Source: Azolla caroliniana (Eukaryota; Plantae; Polypodiophyta). Taken from it: 64,000 nucleotides of DNA. Shown piece after piece: positions 10,328 through 23,450 of the stretch. The stretch spans positions 8,246,001 to 8,310,000 of the forward strand of contig JBHGNT010000017.1 of NCBI GenBank assembly GCA_043228905.1, in the 5' to 3' direction. The notes beneath the pieces were generated by a model that worked only from the letters and a program-made list of their open reading frames with translations, did not search any database and was not told where the DNA came from. The translations under genes and the position numbers were made by a program. How positions within the stretch are numbered: position 1 is the first letter of the stretch; every line of letters begins with the position of its first letter.

Positions 10328-12397
10328 CTATTCTTGAGGTGCATTGTCAATGTTAACATCTTGCCCATCATCATCATCTTCTTCAAAATCCTCATTAACC
10401 ATAGTTGCATGTTGTCTTTGCAATAGAAAAAGCCTATCATCATCATCTTCTTTATTAATCATATCCAATGTCACTTCTATACGGCTTGAATCTCTTTTTT
10501 TTACTTTCTTTAATAGACGATGGTTTGTATGCAAGTATACTAGCTTCTCTATATGATCATGACTCAACCTATTTCTCCTCTTAGTGTGTATCAATGAAAA
10601 GGTACTCCAATTTCTCTCCCATGGAGATGCACAAGTACCTTGAGAAAGCACTTGTATCGCAAGTTTACTTAAATTTGGGGTTTCTCCTCCAAATAATTCC
10701 CACCACTTAACACCATCTTTCATTCTAGTAGGATCATTTGAAGGTGGAAGTTGAAAAATACCCTTCTCTTTACTTTTATAAGCATGATACTCATCTAATA
10801 AATTACCTTGCATCTTAATGTCACCATTTGCATATCTCATAATGGTGTCTATCCAACAAGCATTCACCACATTATCAAAAACTTGAACATTTTCCCACCA
10901 AATTGGATGTAAGAGATATCCAATTGCATGTAATGGTGAATGTAACATTTTGCATCTATCCATGCATAATCCTCTAATTTCATCAAGCAACATGTTATTG
11001 ATTCCTTGCATTTTATTTATTTATTCTATCATTCGTCGTGTACATTCATATATCAACCCCATTGTTGCACCTTCTCTATCCGCCAATCACAACACTTTTA
11101 AAATTGGTGAGCATATTTCCACTATCATCTTTACATTTGACCAAAAGGAAGCATTCAATATTATCGAAACTACTTCTTCTGCTTGTTGCGTTTTAGATCC
11201 CTTCCATTGGCACCATTCTTCACTAACTACCATTCTTCTTAAACCACTATACACTCTATCATTGAACAAATTTGATAGCACAATGAAACTATAAGCAAAC
11301 CTTGTAGTAGAAGGCTTCAACAATTCCTTTTTACTAAACTTGCGAAACATTGCAAGCACATATAGCTTTCTTGTGATGAACGTAGTAACCTTCAAACCTA
11401 ATCTCAAAGCATCATTAACCCAAGCACATTTTCCTATATCCTCAAACAACAAATCAAGGCAATGACATGTGCATCGAGTAAAAAATATCATGGGCCACTC
11501 TTTCTCTATCATATGTCCCGTTGCCACACAATTTGATGCATTATCCATGCATACTTGCACAACATTTGTTGGGCCAATTTCAAGAATGGTAGCTTTTAGA
11601 ATATCAAAGATATACTCCCCCGTTTTACATTCTTCACTTGTATCCACGGACCTCAAAAACACTAAACCAAACATTGATGAAGCTAGAACATTAATTATTG
11701 GCCTATTTCTAGTACCTGACCAACCATCACTGACTATAGTGCATCCATATATTTTCCATTTCTCTTTAATGCATGAAAGTTTATCTTCAACAAATTTTAC
11801 TTCTTCATCTAAGTGCCTCTTTCCCAATTGGAAAGAACTTGGTGGCTTATATGACGGACCAACCTTTGCAATTGCTTGAACCATATCATGAAAAAATGAA
11901 CTATCAACCTTAAGATGTGGAATATCCTCTACAAAAAAGAATCTTCTCATTGATTCATCGGCAATTTTATTCAAACTTTTTTGCCAAGAGATTTGTAGGG
12001 ATCCACCAATATTCTCAATTGTCCTCTTCTTACATGATGAAGATGACATGTCAACTACAAATGCACAAGTAGATGGCACAACATTGGCATTAGATATGCT
12101 TACATCGACATTATTCTCACTTTCTGCACTAGAATTTTCATTAGCATTAGTATTTTCATGAGCATCAACATCCGATATCAATTTTTTTATCTCATCTTTT
12201 ATTGCTCCAATGACTTTGCGGCATTTATCCACACCTTGTCCTTTTAGCCCCAAAAGATGGGCTTTAATTCGGTGTGGACCACCAACAAATACATGTTTGC
12301 AATGTTTGCAATGTTTGCATTCATTTATATGCATTCCTTTATCGTTTCTCTTCAAGACAGTAATGTGGTCCCATAAAAAGCTCTTTGGTTTACCCAT
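10328..12397 (-). pseudogene. hAT transposase (BED finger, DUF659-like core, dimerisation domain) with two in-frame stops
   Basis: W..ECKHC..GGPHRIKAHL, CTIVSDGWS, VVQVCMDNASN, CTCHCLDL, TRF, WWELFG..PNLSKLAIQVLSQ..ERNWSTF. The two ORFs are in the same frame. Confidence 0.92.
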
Positions 12398-13269
12398 ACT
12401 ACAATCACATTGATTTATAAATCAACAATTTAGGAAGTGAGCTAATAAATCTACAATCTACAATCACGTTGATATGAATATATAAAAAAACATTAGAAAA
12501 CTACAATTACATTGATTTAATAAAACTACAATCACGAACACTCAGAGCTCTCGATTCTCTCGATTCATTGTTCTTGATTTTAGTTGTTTCCTTTTGAAGT
12601 GCTTTTCCTTTTCGGAGTTTATTAAGTTCTATTCGATTTCGAGCAACATTGCCTCAATGTAATTCATTTCTATGTCACTTTCTATGTTACTTTCTATCTT
12701 ATGTTTCAAATTTCAATATCAAGAATTTCTATGGCTGAAAGCCAAAAGGTTCAATGGTGATTATCTCTCTCTAGAGGCCAAATTTCAATTAGATGAAAAA
12801 CGTGAACAACTAGTTAAATTCTCTACATTATTACGAATCTTATATGGCCAAGAGGTATCACTTTTCAGCACATTAAGACCTTCTCAATCCCATGCAAGTC
12901 AAGTCACAAACCTAAGACAAAGATGTATCATGCAAATTGTTGTTTCTCTTCCTCTTTCAATTATTCGATTAAAAAAACCAAAAAAATGGGTAGTGAAGGA
13001 GCGGGGAAGGGCGACATGTCTGGTTTTCTTATCCCTTGAATGATACATCCATTATTTGAGAAAAACAATTTACCTTTATGCTTCCAAGAAGAATCAAGCG
13101 AGACAAATTGGTAAGGCAACAGGTTGTAGGGGGGTGAGCGATGAGAAGTAGCACCGAGCACTGAGAAATTAGGAATCGGGAATCAGAAATTAGAAATTAG
13201 AGTTGATGGAAGATTGTGCCTTGTTCGTTTCGTCCTTCACAGAAATCTGATTCTCACAATTTTCTCCTC

Positions 13270-13490
13270 ACTACTCACTCAAAGCTCTCGATTCTCTACA
13301 ATCGAATCTTAGTTACAATTCACGAACACTCAAAGCTCTCGATTCTCTACACTCGACTCTTAGTTATGATTCACGAACACTCAGAGCTCTCGATTCTCTA
13401 CACTCGACTCTTAGTTACGATTCACGAACACTCAGAGCTCTCGATTCTCAGCTCTCAACTCTTAGTTCAGATTCACGAACACTCAGACTC
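13270..13490. repeat. 51-bp tandem repeat (~4.5 copies) in hAT subterminal region
   Basis: CACGAACACTCAGAGCTCTCGATTCTCTACACTCGACTCTTAGTT units; one isolated partial copy near 12533-12565. Confidence 0.9.
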
Positions 13491-13496
13491 TCAAAC

Positions 13497-13955
13497 TGTT
13501 ATCGCTAGGGCCGGACAATGGCCTAACACACGGTGTCCCTTTGAGACACTTCACCAAAGGGGTGTTGCGGTGAGATAAACTTAGACCGAACTATTAATGA
13601 AACCCTAATTGGTTACTAATCAGCAATATCATTAGTCACAATACACGCGTAAGATAGATTTCACTTAGCACGGAACGGTAATTAACTTGATTAAGATACA
13701 AAACAACAACACTCTATTAATTATCCGTTAATGATTACAATCTAACCGGGCCCTTTTATAGGTCTCCGGCTCTAGGTACAAACCGGTGCCAACTGAGAAC
13801 CGGCTACAAACCGGTCCGGATCTGGATCGGCATACCGATTCCGGTCCGTCTATTCGCTTCTCAAAATATCCTTCTAAATATTATAGATAATCAGCTCTCA
13901 ATTATTAATTATCCCCCTTTTCCCATTCTGGACTTCCCTTGCCGGTCGGGTAACA
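13497..13955 (-). repeat. Gypsy 3' LTR
   Basis: Direct repeat of 22992-23450 with TG...CA ends. Confidence 0.95.
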
Positions 13956-13957
13956 CA

Positions 13958-14002
13958 TGGCACACCCGTGGGACAGTACCTTGTATGTCGAATCCCACGA
14001 TC
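13958..14002 (-). promoter_or_regulatory. tRNA-Arg(TCT) 3'-end-like motif / second PBS at the 3' LTR
   Basis: + strand reads LTR end TAACA, CA, TGGCACACCCGTGGGAC-N13-TCGAATCCCACGATC; no adjacent purine tract on the element strand. Confidence 0.75.
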
Positions 14003-14008
14003 CGGCCT

Positions 14009-17000
14009 TCATTCTTCCTCCCAAATGTGTAGAATGCTTTGATCTAAGGGTTCCAATGGTTCCTTGGGAAGCTGTTCAGTCGTCTGTTGTTGTTGTTGTT
14101 CCTCCTCCTACTGTTGCCCCGGCTTCTGTTGTTCCTGCGGCTGTGGCTGCTCTTGTTGTTGCTCCGGCTCCAACTGTGACTGCTTTTGCTTGACTTCAGT
14201 TTCCTGCGGCTCTATTGATCTTACCAGCTCTTCCTCCTTTTCTGGCTCTACTGGTCTTGGCGTCTCCTGGTGTTGTTGTCCTGCATGCACAGCTTCTTGC
14301 AGATGACCTTCCTTTAGCGGCTCCTCCTACTACTGGTTTTCGATGTGCTAGTTTCCGTCTTCCGGTTGCGCCTCCAGAGGTATGTTTGCCTTCTCCTCCT
14401 GAGTTCCATACGACTGGCTTGCCCCCGTTCCGGCTTCATTCAACACCTACTCCGAAGACTGCTCTTCATCACTAATGTTGATCGTCGCAGTTCTTCGGAC
14501 CACTTTGTGTCGTCGCCATTCTCGTTCATACCGCTCGAGCTAGAGTTGTGTATCCAGCTGGTCATCATCCAGCTGCTCCACCAATTGTTTCACTGCCGCC
14601 GATTGGTCCCCAGCTAATTATAGGAAGTTATCTGACAATTCCTCCCTTATGGCAACAATGTTTTCCTCGTCCAATTTATAGAAATCGTCGTCGTCCTTCC
14701 GTCGGTTCTCCGCATCCGATCACAGCAATTGTAACTCCGCCGCCTGCTTAGCCCATTGAGACCATTATTGAGCCGAACTATCTTCTACCAGTCTTTTCAT
14801 CCGGTCTCTCCATGCTAGTACAATGTCCCAGATCCATCTTCAACTTGTTCTCCGCGGCCTATTTTTCGTCCTTCAATTGTTTGATCAGATTCGCGGTTGC
14901 CACTTCTTGGCTTCTGTAGTGCATGAGATGGGTCTAATAGGTCGTCTGAACTTTGTTCAGAGCCATTGTAGCGCACTCCGTTGCCTCCAAGTACTGTCGG
15001 GTCAGCTCTACCTGTTCCTTCGCTGCTTCCGCTAGTTGTTTTGCTGCTTCCGCTAGTTGTTTTGCTGCTTCAGCTCCCTTCGATTGTTCCTCTACCAAGG
15101 CTGCCACAGTCCGGTTAACTCCATCATGAAGTTCCAGTAACTTCTCCTACTGCCGGTCACTTTCGGTGATCAATTTCTTGTGTTCCGCATCCAAGTGTTT
15201 GTGATCCCGGTGCAGCCGATCAAAGTCCTCCGTTTTCTGTTTCAGTCGTTGGTTGATCAGACGGTGAGCATGGTCTTCCCGATCCTTTTGTTGCCGGAGT
15301 TCTTCCTTGAGTCACTCGATCTCTACTTCCGCCGAGCGCTGGAGTTTGTCCTTTTCCTGTAGGATTCTTTCTTTTTCTTCCTTCAGCCGGTCATATGCTT
15401 GATGACCTTTTCTCAAGCTTTCCTCTGCTCATCGGAGGTTGTCGACCATCTTCCTTTGTTCCTCCTCCGCCGCTTTTTTCAATTCCCGCTCTCTGGCTCG
15501 TAAGGCTTCTTGTGCTGCCAGGTCTTCCCATAATGTGGCGAGCTCTTGTGGTGGCGTTTTATTAGTATCCAGGCCTACTTCAGTCACCGAGGTCTTATTG
15601 TTCTGTAAAGTTACTGGAGCCACCGGTTCCAATTGATGTGGTCCTTCTATTACCAACTTGGTCATTTCTGTTCTGGCCTTCTCTATGTCTTCCTCCATGC
15701 TCCAGATTCTTGACTAGGCCTTCTCTAATTCCTCGGTTGTGGCTAGCAACCGGTCTTTATGCCCTCTCTCTTCCGCTTCTAATTGGCAGACGACCCCAGT
15801 CACTTGTTTTGCTATCCATCGTAGCCATTGACTGTCAGTGCCTTGTTGTCGTGTCGGTTCTGGTCGTGGGATGGCTTCTTCACTGGCCATGAGCCTACTA
15901 TGGACGGTTAGTCAAGCAGCCACTCCGGTTCTGGCTGTTGCTGCTGCGGCGGCGATGCCGGCAATTCAATGACTGGTTCTTGATCCACCGATACTGCCGT
16001 GTCTTGGCCCGTTGATTCTGTTATGTCCTGCCGCACCGATTGCTTTGCCACCAATTCGTGTTGAACCAATTCTGATGCCCTCCTTGGCTGCAGCTCCTCA
16101 AGGAGGAGTTCTAGTATACTGTCCTCCATCGGGTTTGATTTCTCCCCTTTGTGGCCCTTGTCACTTGTTTGTCGACGCCGTATCAGAGTCTCGGTAGGCT
16201 CGTCTTCTTGCTCTTCTTCCTCTAAGGTCTTACTATTTATTAACACCATCAAGGGGTCCTGCCCCTACGGTTTGTCTGGTTGTTGTTCTACTTGTTGTCC
16301 CGTCTGGCGCAACTTGATTTTCACAGGTCTCACCGGGGTGTTCACTAATGCCTCCTCTCTGCCAACTGCTTCCAATTAGGCCGCTCCTTTGCCTTTTGTG
16401 AAGTGTCAGCCTCCTTCCAACCTATCGCCTGGGTAGCCATGAGTTACTGCCGTTTTGAAGTTGTTTTGGGGGTCGATTCTATCAGTCTTCCCCGCTTCCT
16501 TTGTTTCATGGGCTCCACCAGTGGTGCTAACAGAGTGAGCCATTGCGCCACAGTTGTCCACATCTCTTTGCCATCTTTTATTGAGACAATGGCAGCGCTC
16601 AGGCCGTCAGCGATCATTACCGGCCAATCCACCTGTACTCCCTCGTAGGTGGCTATGATCAAACCGGCTCTATTCTTGGGCATGGCCGGTGGTCGGGGGT
16701 ATACATGACCATACTCGTGGAGTACCCGAGCAATTTCCCGAAACAATAGGTCTTTGCCACATTGTGTGCGGTACGCCTTGCTGCCCAGTGAGTATTCTCC
16801 GAAATACCTCGTCAGCAGCTCCTGTGAAGGGTTGTCGATCGAGTATATTCCCCCTTCCGGTAAGCTGGTTAGGGCTCGGATGGCTTCCTCGGTGATGACC
16901 TTCGTGTCAATGTCTTTGACGACATTTTCCGCATCTCCATGTGGCGGTGCTTCGACTATCCTCAAGAATCCCTCCAGATTGTGTTGCTTAAGCCATTTCT

Positions 17001-17031
17001 TGGCCGCTTCTGAGAGCACCATGCATTCCAT
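14009..17031 (-). pseudogene. Degraded extra ORF (N-terminal plant-transposon-like domain, coiled coil, Q/E/P tail)
   Basis: 16444-17031 aligns by eye with the N-terminus of the 884-aa ORF; later pieces (LAAQEALRARERELK) match its coiled coil. Confidence 0.85.
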
Positions 17032-17523
17032 GTCGTCGTTAGAGTTGGTAGGTTGTGGTAAGATTGGTGCGCCTATGTGTTCTACTTGCTCTCACCTGAT
17101 CACTCGTAATCGCATGTGTGCGCTGAGATCTCTGTGTTCGTGAAATGAAAGGGACTCTACGCGGTAGAGGTTTTCTTTCTCCATGCGTGGCACCTTTTCT
17201 TGATTCCCGCGCATGCATGTCTTGTACTAATATAGCAGTCAGTTGACACATGGTGCGTTTTTAAAGAGGCTTTAATTAGCCACCCACCACACCTTTTCAA
17301 AGTGCCCAAAGTGCCCAAAGTGCCCGTTCGCTCCTCGCCTATACATGATGACTTTTCTTTTTCCTTTTTTTCTTTTTTCTTTTTGCAAGTTGAGTTTTTA
17401 GTTAACCGGAAGCACCGGGTCCATATCCCAGTTTTTCCCCATATTCACGTTTGCCGGCCACCTATTTGTCATTATCCAGTAACACCAGCTCCGCCTGATT
17501 GTCGGGTACTTGTTTACTGCTTC

Positions 17524-20500
17524 CTACTGTTGCATCAGCCTTTGTCTGCTCAAATGGATTCTGTGGCATAGGTTCACAATATGGTTTGAGTCGAAACCCA
17601 TTGACCCATTTGCCCATTATCTCACCGGCGAGCGTTCCGAGCTAGCATGAACCGTTGAATTCCCGTGTTATCCAATACGGTCCGGTCCACTGGAACCGTA
17701 GCTTTCCCGGCATCTGACCCATCCGGGTCTGGAACACGAGTACCAGCTTGCCGATCCAGAACATCTTCTCATTGCCCTTCCGGTGCCGATCGACAAACGC
17801 CTTCCTTCGTTGCTACTCCAGTTCCAATTGCATGAGACTCGCGATCCGATGCTCCTCGAGTTCGCATAGTGCGGCTAACCAGATTTTTTCCGATTCCTTT
17901 TCACTTAGTCGTTCTCTAACATGTATTCGCAAACTCGAAACCTGAAATTCAATAGGCATTACTGCTTCCAACCCAAAAGCTAACCGGAATGGTGTTGACC
18001 GGATACTCGTTTTGTATGTCGTCTGGTATGCCCATAGTGCACTATTCAGCTTCGTGTCCCAATTGGTCTGGTTTTCATTGACGATCTTTCGCAAGATGTT
18101 TTGGAGCGTTTTGTTTGTGGATTCGGCCAATCCATTGGCCTATGGATAATAAGGGGTATTGCGCTTGTGTACCACTGCATAGAATGTTGTTAAGCTCTCC
18201 ACTACTTGACCGAGAAAATGTCTGCCTTGGTCGCTAATTAACTCAATCGGGCATCCATATCGGCACAAGATGTACTCATATAAGAACTTTGTTGTTGATG
18301 TCGCAGTGTTGTCCCGCAAAGCCTTGGCTTCTACCCACTTGGTGCAATAATTTGTGGCGACTATAACATATCTGTTGCCGGTTCTCATTACCGGAGGTTT
18401 AAACGGCCCAACGAAGTCCAGCCCCCATTTCTGAAATGGCTCTAAGGGTAGCACCAGCTAGTTAGGCATCCTTGCCTGTTCTGTTGGTTGGCCCATCCGT
18501 TGGCATAAATCACAGTCTTTCGCGTATCGAACCGAGTCCTTCAGTGTCGTCGGCCACCATAGCCCGTTGTGCCATATCTTTCTTGCCGTAGTGTCCCCGG
18601 CATAGTGCCCTCCGGCAACACCGCAGTGCACTTCTCGTAATATTGTGTCCTTTTCGTCGCTTCGCACTACTCGCCGCCATATGCTATCCGCACCTTTATG
18701 GTACAAGGTGTCTTGTAGTAGACAAAAATGTTGGCTTTGTACCGTTAACCGCTTCCGCTCATCCTGGTTCATCTCCTTCGGTGGTAGTTCCGTGCTTAGG
18801 AATTGATGCATGTTGGTTAGCCACTTGTCTTCGTCGACTATCGTGCTATCTGTTGCCGTTTCTACTGTTACTTTAAACAACTCGGCATCCGGAAACTCAT
18901 CTGGGACTCCATCACCGGTCTCGCCGAAGTCTAACCGGTTCAGATAATCGACAACCGCATGTTGTATTCCCGACCAGTGATATATTTCGAACTCAAACTC
19001 TTGTAGCAACAATGTCCATCGGGCCAACTTACCGGTGAGCAATGCCTTTGAGACCAAATATAATAGCGTTGAGTGGTCGACATGAAATGAAAATTTCCTT
19101 CCCAATAAATAGTGCCTGAACTTGAATCATCCCTAAGGCTTCTCTTTCCGTTGTTGAATAATTTTGTTCCGCCTGGGATAGCTTCCGGCTGACATAATAA
19201 ACCGGTCGGTACCATTTCGGTTCAATCAATTGCATTAGTGCGCTGCTGATTGCTATGTCGGACGCATCGACGAACACATGGAACTCTTTTGACCAGTCCG
19301 GTGGTTGCACCACCGGCGCTTGTGACAGTTGTACTTTCAGTGCCTGGTAAGCCTTATCCTCCGTATTTGTCCATTGAAACGGTGTCTGGTGAACCGTGGC
19401 ATGCAACGGTGTAGCAAGATTGGCCAAATACCAGAGTATCCAATTATGCCACCAGATTTGCCCTAGAAACTGACTCAAAGCTTTAGCCGTGGATGGTGCC
19501 GGTGCTTCTAAGATTGCTTTGACCTTATCGGGGTCTACTGCAATCTCGTCCTTACTGACGATATGGCCTAGCAATGCACCGCTTGTTACTCCGAACACAC
19601 ACTTTGCTGGATTCAGGCTTAACCGATAACTCCTACATTTCTCAAGACATAGTCGGAGGTGTTGGAGATGTTCTCCTTCTCGGCTATACACGGCAATGTC
19701 ATCCAGGAATACCTACATGAATGTCGGGATGAACTCGCCAAATACTTCCATGATTATTCGTTGGAAGGTCGCCGACGCGGTCTTGAGCCCGAACATCATT
19801 ACCACTACGACGAAGACTCCCCATTCGGTGACGAACACCGTCTTGTCTTGGTCGTCGAGGTGCATCCTTATTTGATTGTTGTCGTTGAAACCGTCTAGGA
19901 AGCTATACACTTCATGACCGGCTACCGCGTCCAACACTCCATCCATAAATGGAAGTGGAAAGGCATCGGTCACTGTTGCCACATTGAGTTTCCGGTAGTC
20001 GATGCACACCCGGATCTTACCGTTCTTTTTCGGCACGACGACTATGGGACTTAACCATGTAGCTTTTTTCACTAGTTGGATAAAACCAACCCGTAGCAAC
20101 TTGGCAATTTCCTCTTTGACCTTTGCCGCATAGTTAGGGTTCATCCGGTAACGCCGTTGTGCTATCGGTTTGGCATCCTTATTGAGATGTATCTGGTGTT
20201 GGTACAACTGAGGATCCAGCCCCCGCGTGTCTTCATAGGACCAAGCGAATACATCCCAGAATTCCTTTAATAAAGTGATCATCGCCGTCTTGTTGTCCGG
20301 TGACATTTCCTTAGCAATATGAACCGGTCTTGCATCGTCTCCAGTTCCTAAGTTCACTTCTTCTAACTGGGATGCTTTCACGTGTTGGGATACCGCCATC
20401 TCCCTCTCCAGAGCTTCCTGTGCTTGTCGTAGTTCTCTGATAGCTTCCTTTTCCGGTTCCTCGTCGGCATCATCCGATTGTGTTATATATGGTGACACTA

Positions 20501-21300
20501 CTTTTAGCCATGGGCGGCCCAACAACAACGGGTGAGCCCCTTGTGCATTGAGCTAGAGAACCACCGCCGAAATGCGGAATGCGTGTCCTCCGATAGTTAC
20601 GTCTAAATCCCGTATCAAACCAGTAGGTCTTACCGAACTTGTATCTGCCATCCAGAGCCAAAACGGGCAAGGCTCCCATTCCAGGATTCCTAGGGTATTA
20701 CAAGTCCGTAGACTAATCACGTTCACGCCCGATCCTCCGTCCACAATCGTTCATGGTAGTTCTCGTCGTTTGACGATGGCGATGATTGCCGGACTGTTTG
20801 TGTCAACCACTGTTGGCCCTTCTTCCGGATTTGAGAAGAACGCAGGAGTCGGCAACGGGTTTGATGTGGTCATTCTTGATGTCAGCCCTTCTGTAAACCG
20901 GGGCACTAGCCGTAATAACCAACCCAATGGCAGTGTAATTTGACATTCTTGTAACGCTTGCCATGTTGGGTTTTTAAGGCTGAATCATGTTGGTGGCCTC
21001 TTCCAGTTTGTCCTTTTGTTGTTCAAGCTTAGCCACATTCTGCTCATTTGCCTTCTTCACCCACTCTGTGGCTTGCTTTCGGATTGCCTCCTGTGTTTCC
21101 CACTCCGTTGTTTTGCCTTTTGACCTGGTGGTGACTTGTTGTATGTCGACGACTTCTGCTACCACTATATTTATTGTTGGTCATTTCTCGTAACTTTTAA
21201 CCGAACATTGATTACTATAATGTCCTTCTTGCTGGCAATAGTAGCAGTATGGTTTCTGGGTGTTGCTAGATTCGACGTTCACTCCGGTACCCGGTTGAGG
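17524..21300 (-). pseudogene. Gypsy pol: protease, RT, RNase H, integrase (frameshifted)
   Basis: IVDGGSGVN, LLGRPWL, WLSPIVVVPKKNGKIRVCIDYRKLN, FLDD, VDASD, YSTTEREAL, H..GHY..CDLCQR, WGLDFVGP, ISDQG, WTGPY. Confidence 0.92.
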
Positions 21301-21302
21301 TC

Positions 21303-22969
21303 CTATTGGTGGTCGGTTAGGTGCTTGGCCTTGGTCCGGTTGGGTACTTGGTGTGCCCTTGTCTGGTTGCCATTGGTGGTCCTCCTTTCTAGTGTTCCAT
21401 TTTTTGTTGAAGCGTTTTTTGTTCCGGTAACCCTATCGGGGCCGGTTTTCATAATTGCCTTGATCCTCCCTTCGTTGGTTGTAACCGGGGGAGTGATCCC
21501 AGTTGTATCGCTCATATCGATCACTGTTGTAATCCCGGTAGCTATCTTGCCGATCTTGGTCGTGAGTGTCTTTTCTGTCGTTGTACCGGACATCTTGCGC
21601 CGGCTGGTAACGCTCATCTCGTCGTCAACGTTCTTCTTCCTCCTCCCGGTTACTTCGGGGTTCGATTTGCCTTACCGGTGTCGCTTGTCGCTTGCCGGTT
21701 TAGCAAGTTATATTCGCATCGGTCCATGGTGTGCGCCCTAGAATGGCATAACATGCACTGTGTCTGCATGGTACATTCTATTGCTGAGTGCTCGGCATTG
21801 AGACAAGTCGTACATTGTATAGCTTGCCGAAAACGTGGGTCGTCTTCTGTCGGTAATGTACGTTGGAGTGCCCCCATTGTTAGCCATGCGCTTGTTTTCT
21901 TCATCTCCCTGACCCGTTCTATGACTTGGTCGATCGTGTTGGTGTGGAAATCGATCATTGCGCACACCGTATGCAGGGGTTCCCTGAGTGCGGATAGGAA
22001 TATTGCTTTAGCCTCTGCTTCCGATGGTGCCCGATTTAGCTGGTTGTGCATTCGTTGGAACCGGATTACGAATTGCTGAATCGTTTCCGTAGGTTCTTGT
22101 CGTATAGTGTAGAATAGGCCGACCATCTCCCGCTGATCCACCTCCTTGTTGAAGAACTGTAAAAATCTGGTTTTTAAGTTCTCAAACGTCGTGATGGTGC
22201 CGGGAGAGTGCGTCAAGCGCCATTGTGTGGCTGGTCCTTCCAAGGTCATGTCAAACTCTGCAATCTTCGAGCGTTCTGCTTCGGCGGCGGTCAAGCGTTG
22301 CGACACATGGTTTGCTTCCCATGTTTGTAGAAATGCATAGATATGAGCTTCTTCATCCCGATCATCCCAGTAGTTGGGATATTGGAACGACATGTCGTCG
22401 TCCAGTGTCGGAACGCGGGCTAGTGGTGTCAGAGGTCTCCCCTCTTCTTTCGGTGTCAGAGGTATTTCCTCCTCTTCTTTCGGTGTTTCACGTGGCGGTG
22501 TCAAAAGTTGATCCGCCACTTGCTGGTCTGGGGCTTCCAGTTCCGTTAACTCTAGTTCTGGTGTCAGCAAGGTATCCGACTGCTCGTCCTCCGGTCCGTC
22601 TGGGGTGTCGTGGTTGCTACGGTAATTCAAATGGGCGATGCATTCGCCGTCCGAATCCGATTTGAGGGCTGAGAACGGTTCCGAATCGCCTTCCCCTATT
22701 GCTAATGCTTGTAGAATGGATTCTGCGTCCCGGAGACTGCTCAAGTTGCTTCCTTTGTCCGGGTGGGGAGTCTGATGCTCGCGGAGTGACTCCGCGGCCA
22801 CTCGCCGGATTACTTTGGAAAATGATTGATCCACACGGATCTCTTCTACCGCCTGCTGGAAAGCCTCTCGCTTCCGCAATCGTTTGGCAAGTCTTCTTGC
22901 TCGCTCCGTAATCGGGTCGTTCATTGGTCTAGTCATCCATTCTCGTCGTTGTTCGTTGCGTTTGTGCAA
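21303..22969 (-). pseudogene. Gypsy gag
   Basis: Retrotransposon-gag-like FENLKTRFLQFF...QEPTETIQQFVIRF and two CCHC knuckles. Confidence 0.85.
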
Positions 22970-22974
22970 GAATC

Positions 22975-22984
22975 GTGGTCGCCA
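22975..22984 (-). promoter_or_regulatory. PBS TGGCGACCAC (tRNA-Arg(TCG)-like)
   Basis: Same sequence and 7-nt spacing as at 2761. Confidence 0.7.
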
Positions 22985-22991
22985 AAAACTG

Positions 22992-23450
22992 TGTTATCGC
23001 TAGGGCCGGACAATGGCCTAACATAGGGTGTCCCTTTGAGACACTTCACCAAAGGGGTGTTGCGATGAGATAAACTTAGACCAAACTATTAATGAAACCC
23101 TAATTGGTTACTAATTGGCAAGATCATTAGTCACAATACACGCGTAAGATAGATTTCACTTAGCACAGAACGGTAATTAACTTGATTAAGATATAGAACA
23201 ACAACACTCTATTAATTATCCGCTAAGGATTACAATCTAACCGGGCCCTTTTATAGGTCTCCGGCTCTAGGTACAAACCGGTGCCAACCGACAACTGGCT
23301 ACGAACCAGTCCGGATCTGGATCGGCATACCGATTCCGGTCCGTCCGTTCGCTTCTCAAAATATCCTTCTAAATATTATAGATAATTAGCTCCCAGTTAT
23401 TAATTATCCCCCTTTTCCCATTCTGGACTTCCCTTGTCGGCCGGCTAACA
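22992..23450 (-). repeat. Gypsy 5' LTR
   Basis: Direct repeat of 13497-13955. Confidence 0.95.

Larger units (their letters stand above)
13497..23450 (-). mobile_element. Full-length non-chromovirus Ty3/gypsy element (Athila/Phygy/Selgy-like order gag-PR-RT-RH-INT plus a 3' extra ORF)
   Basis: Two 459-bp LTRs (about 25 differences by eye); TSD CAAAC/CAGAC; PBS 22975-22984; no chromodomain or extra archaeal-type RNase H seen. Confidence 0.93.

Noticed and set aside
13270-13490. Regular repeats resembling a CRISPR array, and the 120-aa ORF over them
   Set aside because: Units are contiguous with no unique spacers, there are no cas genes, and the context is a eukaryotic hAT subterminal region.
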